DNA of 64,000 bases, taken from assembly GCA_964187785.1 (NCBI GenBank), contig OZ076409.1:95110001-95174000 (forward strand), read 5' to 3'. The DNA comes from Amphiscolops sp. MND2022 (lineage: Eukaryota). The notes under the pieces were generated by a model. That model did no database searches, was not told where the DNA came from, and worked only from the letters and a program-made list of their open reading frames with translations. Positions 59,029-64,000 of this stretch are shown here, in pieces (position 1 is the first letter of the stretch; each line of letters begins with the position of its first letter). The position numbers were made by a program, and so were the translations under genes.

Positions 59029-59830
59029 ATGAACCAAAAGAAAAAGGAAGTTGCTAAAGCAATCACTAAAGAAATATTCTCTCCTGTAATCAAGAAGTTT
59101 CAAAGAATTCTAATACAAACTCACTATAAAAATGAATGTTGGAGTATTGATTTAATTGATCGCTCAAGTTTAAGCAAACACAACAAAAACTACAAGTTTA
59201 TTTTCACAATAATTGACAATCATACTAAATATCCATGGGCGATTCCTCTCAAAGATAAATCAGGCATAAGTACAAGAATTGCATTAAAAAGTCTAACTGA
59301 AAAAGCAAAAAAAACGCATAAAATTTGGTCAGATAGAGGTAAAGAGTTTTACAACCAGACATTTTCACACTATTTAAACGAGCAAGACATTCAAATTTAT
59401 TCAACTAATTCAGATTTGAAAGCTGTTTTTGTTGAACGCTTCAATAGAACACTTCTGGACTTAATCAAAAAACCAATGTACCTTGAGGGTAAAGGTAACT
59501 GGTTGAATCACATTATTAAGGCTTTGGATAAGTATAATAATTGCGCCCATAGTACAACAAAAATGACACCATTTGAATTGCGTTTTAATACACCAATACC
59601 CAATAATAATAATAATCATTGTAATAAATTGTCTAAATTCCCCAAGTTCTAAATGGGGGATTTTGTAAGAGTTCCCGACAAAAGGAACATTTATTCAAAA
59701 AGTTATACAACAAATTGAAATAGAGAACCTTTCAAACTACACAAAATTAATTCAACGAACCCAGTAACATACACTTTGGAAGATGAAAACCAAGAAACTC
59801 TTCAAGGAAAATACTATGAACAAGAACTTT
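59029..59830 (+). pseudogene. Polinton retroviral-like (rve) integrase with two premature stops
   Basis: WSIDLID, IIDNHTKY.W..PLK.K, WSDRGKEF, AVFVERFNRT, YNN..HST.KM.P; in-frame continuation GDFVRV...P.TY.LED...G.YYEQEL. Confidence 0.92.
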
Positions 59831-59911
59831 CAACAAAACGTTAGAAAGTAGGATAATCTTCCATAGATTTGAGTAATTTTCCGGCAAATTTCCAATAATT
59901 TTCTGTTATAA

Positions 59912-61173
59912 ATGGGCGCAGCTTCGCATTCAGTGGATATGTTTTCTTTAAAAAGCAAATACATTCTTGAGAAACCTATTCAAAAAATTGATTTTATAAA
60001 GTACTCACCGAGTAGTTTAGCGACAGTTAATAACGCCAACTCCAATATTTCAATCAGTTTGCCTAGAGAAGATGCATACATATGTTTACAAAACTCATAC
60101 ATCTCATTAGAATTTGAAGTACTTAAAAACGATGATACAAGTTATGCCGACAATGATCACATAGCACTAGATAACTTTGGCCCCGTTGCACTATTTTTAG
60201 TGGAGCTAATCTTGTAACAAATTCGGGAAAACACCTGGAAAAAGTTGACAATTTGCACAAAATTTGTTTAAAGTATAAACTTCTGACTTCTCAACAACAG
60301 ACCAGTCAATTGATGTATGGGTTTGAAGAATCAGTCACTATCAGAAGACAAGAACTAACAAACTACAAAACAGAAAAGGGAACCTTTTTTGTAAGAAAAA
60401 AACTAAAAGACTTGTTTGGATTTGCTGATCAAGAAAAAAAACCTTATGGATTGGGCTACACTCTTACTTTAAAACGGAATAGTAGTATTGATGCTATCAT
60501 AAGATGCAATGGGGTGGATGTTGCGAAAGTAGTTGTAAAAGACATTTCTTGGTATATTCCAGACTATGTACCAAACTTAGTAAACCAGCAATTTGTCATG
60601 GATCAGTTACTGAATAAAGACCCAACCGAGTTGTCTTATATTGAGCGAACTGTCTTTCGAAATTATGTCAACACCAATAACAATTGGACTTTTGATTTAG
60701 GTAATAGTGGCGGAAGCTATCGCGAATCGACACCCACTTTTATAATTGTTGGATTTGAAGCTAGAAATAAAATTCATTCACAAACACACGACAAAGCAAC
60801 ATTTGATCGACTTCCAATTTCAAATGCTCTTTGTAAAATAGGATCAGAAAAAAATCCCGAAGATGGAATAGAATGTGACTACGACCACGACAAATATGAT
60901 CAAGCATACAGTGAAATTGAAAACTTTTATCAGTTAAAAAGTGAAACTAACCTACTCAACCCGTTTATTGATTTGCACAAATTCAGAAGTTATAATTTTT
61001 ATAAATTTGATTTATCCAAACAAAAAGACCACATTGCTTCTCAACCAATCAGATTAGAATTTGAATTTAGTGCTGCTTTTGCAGTAGCAAACTACATAGC
61101 TTACGCATTGATTCTAACCCCAAAACTAATAAGTATTAGTAGTGATGGGCAAAGGCATTTTGATTTAATATGA
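59912..61173 (+). pseudogene. Polinton-type major capsid protein (double jelly-roll), frameshifted near 60200
   Basis: About 420 aa in total, beta-rich; REDAYI..QNSYI.LEF.V, LKDLFGFA, ISWYIP, PTFIIVGF, FDLSKQ, IRLEFEF; located between the integrase and PolB. Confidence 0.75.
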
Positions 61174-61389
61174 GAAACAAATTTATTATAATATTTATGA
61201 ATAAATGATAAAAATATAAATATATATTGTACGATTATAAAAGATGTGCCCAATCACTTATCAGATTTAAAAACTGTTGATGACTTAGATTTTCTTTTAA
61301 ATACCAAACATTTAAATAAATTTCTTCATCACTCAATCCCTCACTCAAATCATTATAATACAAACCACGTACTTTCAAACAATATATAA

Positions 61390-64000
61390 AGGACAGTCAC
61401 CACTTTGTACGTGTTTATCACATGATAACCTTTGTATTAGATTTAAGCACACACGCTTGTCATCAAAAGGATTCAAAGCTAGCTCATCTTGCTTCTGAAC
61501 AGTTAAATTGTGAGCATCTGAACGGATAGAATACATAGTTGCAGTTGTTGTTTGAGAATTAAATAATGAATTTATAAATTGGTTGAGGACTGGTGTATGT
61601 TGTATTCCTTTTTCTTTTGACTTCTAAATATTATTTTTGTAACTGAAAGAATAAGATTTAGATCTCAAAGCTACAAAGTTGTCTAATTCAATAATTGGTC
61701 ATGTTTCTATTATTTCATCTATAACTTACTTGTTAATAGTATCATACAACTCATGATTTTCATCGAGCTCGCCAAAATCAAAATCATTTTTAAAATATTC
61801 CAAGTCTTTTAAAAGGTTTGTAGTTTTTATACTCTGGATAAAAGAATCTGTATCCATATAATGCAGTTTGACATTATTGTTGTAGTATGGTATTAATTTG
61901 TGATAATAAAGCTCAATTAACAATTTACTCAGTTCTAAAACAGAGAATCCCAAGTAAATTGGTTTATCAAAGACTGTCTTTTCTTCATCAAACTTGTACA
62001 CACTAAACGCGGAGTAGTGGTCCGCAATACCTTTGAAGCTTAACTTCGATTGTCTTTTTAATACTTGATCAATATTGGTGTTGGGGTATAATCTGTAAGT
62101 TTACCCTTTCTCTTACATTTTCTATAGTCTTGCCAGAGAAAGCTTAATTCATAAGCTTGTAAAGGTATTTTCAAAGTTTGTTTTTGCTTTGGTGCGTTTT
62201 TGGGTGTTATGATAAATGTATTTTTCTAACCAAAGTGATTGTTTGAATCTCCAAAGTGAGTGTATCTTTCATCCCCATTTCAGTGTGAAACTTGAACATC
62301 CAGTAGTGCATCATACATTTTTGTTTGTTTGTTAGGTCACACAGAAGCTTCTCAGTTGGTTTGTAATTGGGTTGTTTTACACTATTCATTTAATCTGAGA
62401 AAAAATTAGGATCTGCTTTTGTTTGATAAGGACAAATTGGAAAGTTTTCGGTTTTTCTTTAATTTCAGCTGGATATTCTAAATCACATTTTATGAAGAAT
62501 CCACTCTCATTGTTGTCTGGAATAAATCTCAAATCTTCTACTATTTGTTCTAGTTCATACTCTTCTGGAAAATATAGTTTTTCAAGTTACTTGTAGGAAG
62601 GTATTGACTCATAGCCCATCCACATAGATTATTTGCATCAATGTATAAAAATTTTGTATTTTCATCTGATTCAATATAACGAGGTCCCATTACACTTGAA
62701 ATTCCTCCACGTACAATATTTCCTAGAAGTAATAACAATTCTTTGTCTTTTATATAATCTAATTTAATATTAGTAAGTTTTAAACCAGCTTTCCATGTAT
62801 AACCAGGTAGAGAGTAGGAGTACAACGGATTGATGCCGTATTCAAGTGTAGACTTCTCAACAAAGTTTTCGAATACATCAGCTAACTGTGAAACATCCAT
62901 TTTGAGGTATAACATAGTTAGTTCTTGTCCGTTCTTTAAATCATATTTTTTAATAATTTCTTGTTTTCGGTTACTTTCTCCACCCGGTGGAGTTCTTTGT
63001 TTTAGTGTTGACCAAAAGTCTTTTGTTAGGTTGAGTGCGAAGCTGCGCGGTTCTTGGAAATTATCAAGAGTAAACTTCTCGTAAGGATAAGCCAATTTCT
63101 TTTAAAATAATTCATCCGTATATCCATTTTCGTCCATTATTGGGAAATTGTTTAAACTCTTAACTAATTTATCCAGATTCGTGCTTAGGAAACGGCATGA
63201 GTCTGAAAACCCTAAACAACCTACTTGCACACTTACATATTTTTCCATTGACTTCGAAAGTATTTTTGGTTCATACCCCATTTTGTAAGCTTGTGTTGAG
63301 AGTTCTTCAAATATAATATGACAATCATAACCACTGAATTTATGGAAAATTATGGGAACGAACTTGACTTTTTTTACAATTTAAATAACACCTGTTGTGA
63401 GCTGCTCCTCGGTACTTGCCTGTAAGATGATCATGATCTCGAACTTTATCATCAGCGAGTGGGGTGGCAAAGCTGGCTTCACATAGCCAACACACTTTGG
63501 ATTGTTGAAATGATTCTTCTTCTTGATGAGTTATTTCTAATTTTAAATCTGTTTCAAAATACTTACTAGCATATTTTTCTATTATCAACATTTCATTTAC
63601 AAACCATGTTACGCAGTCATCGCCGATGTATGAGTAGTATTGATTTCCAAATGGTGAAATTAGATAAAATCCTACTGCAATTGGAATTTGTTTAAATAAT
63701 ACCTTTGGTCATTTCTTGTGGGGTTGCCTGTGGATTCATTTGCGGGCTGATTAATACATTCGAAATCTGCATATACTCTAATTGGGAGTGGTATCTTCAT
63801 GAAATTGTCTTGGAATTTTAAGTGATCCTTCCACCTGAATGTGATATTAGTTGGTTGTTGATTTATACAACGAGACGTATGATCGAAGAAAATTTGTTCT
63901 GAACTAAATGCTGTGAGACATCTTCTACACACCCATTTCATGTGTGAATTTTTATTTATTAAACAATGCAACTTTGTTATTAGGCGATAATGCTTTTCAA
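61390..64000 (-). pseudogene. Protein-primed family B DNA polymerase (fragmented)
   Basis: VYADFE, DHDHLTGKYRGAAH, YPYE, DV..LADVFE.F, RGGIS, YIDANNL.GWAM, KPIYLGF.VLELSK, YMDTDS, PFDDKR. Confidence 0.93.

Larger units (their letters stand above)
54842..64000. mobile_element. Decayed Polinton/Maverick (adintovirus-like) endogenous element; left boundary approximate; continues beyond the window
   Basis: Co-located protein-primed PolB, rve integrase, double-jelly-roll-type capsid and A32-like ATPases, all with stops or frameshifts. Confidence 0.9.

Overview
AT-rich, repeat-dense genomic DNA from a eukaryote; the gene and transposon content points to an invertebrate animal, but no species is claimed. 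Four host genes can be built by hand, all on the minus strand: an intronless ILVBL/HACL2 (37.6-39.5 kb), a multi-exon NSUN4/NSUN3-like gene with its catalytic motifs substituted (23.5-33.5 kb), a two-exon PTRHD1 split by an atypical GC-AG intron (18.2-21.6 kb), and an unknown Gly/Pro-rich gene (0.5-15.6 kb). Most of the rest is mobile DNA. This includes a near-intact three-ORF non-LTR retrotransposon (3.9-9.1 kb) whose ORF1 and ORF2 are in frame across a UAG-CAA-UCA leaky-stop context, and an intact I/Jockey-group LINE with a 13-bp TSD (40.3-44.5 kb). It also includes a 2.47-kb tandem duplication of a decayed LINE, a Bel/Pao relic, a decayed Polinton/Maverick-like endogenous virus with two packaging-type ATPases (about 55-64 kb, running off the window), at least three Helentron-associated (HINE/DINE-like) families and several MITEs. 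All family assignments rest on motif recognition by eye; no database searches were run.
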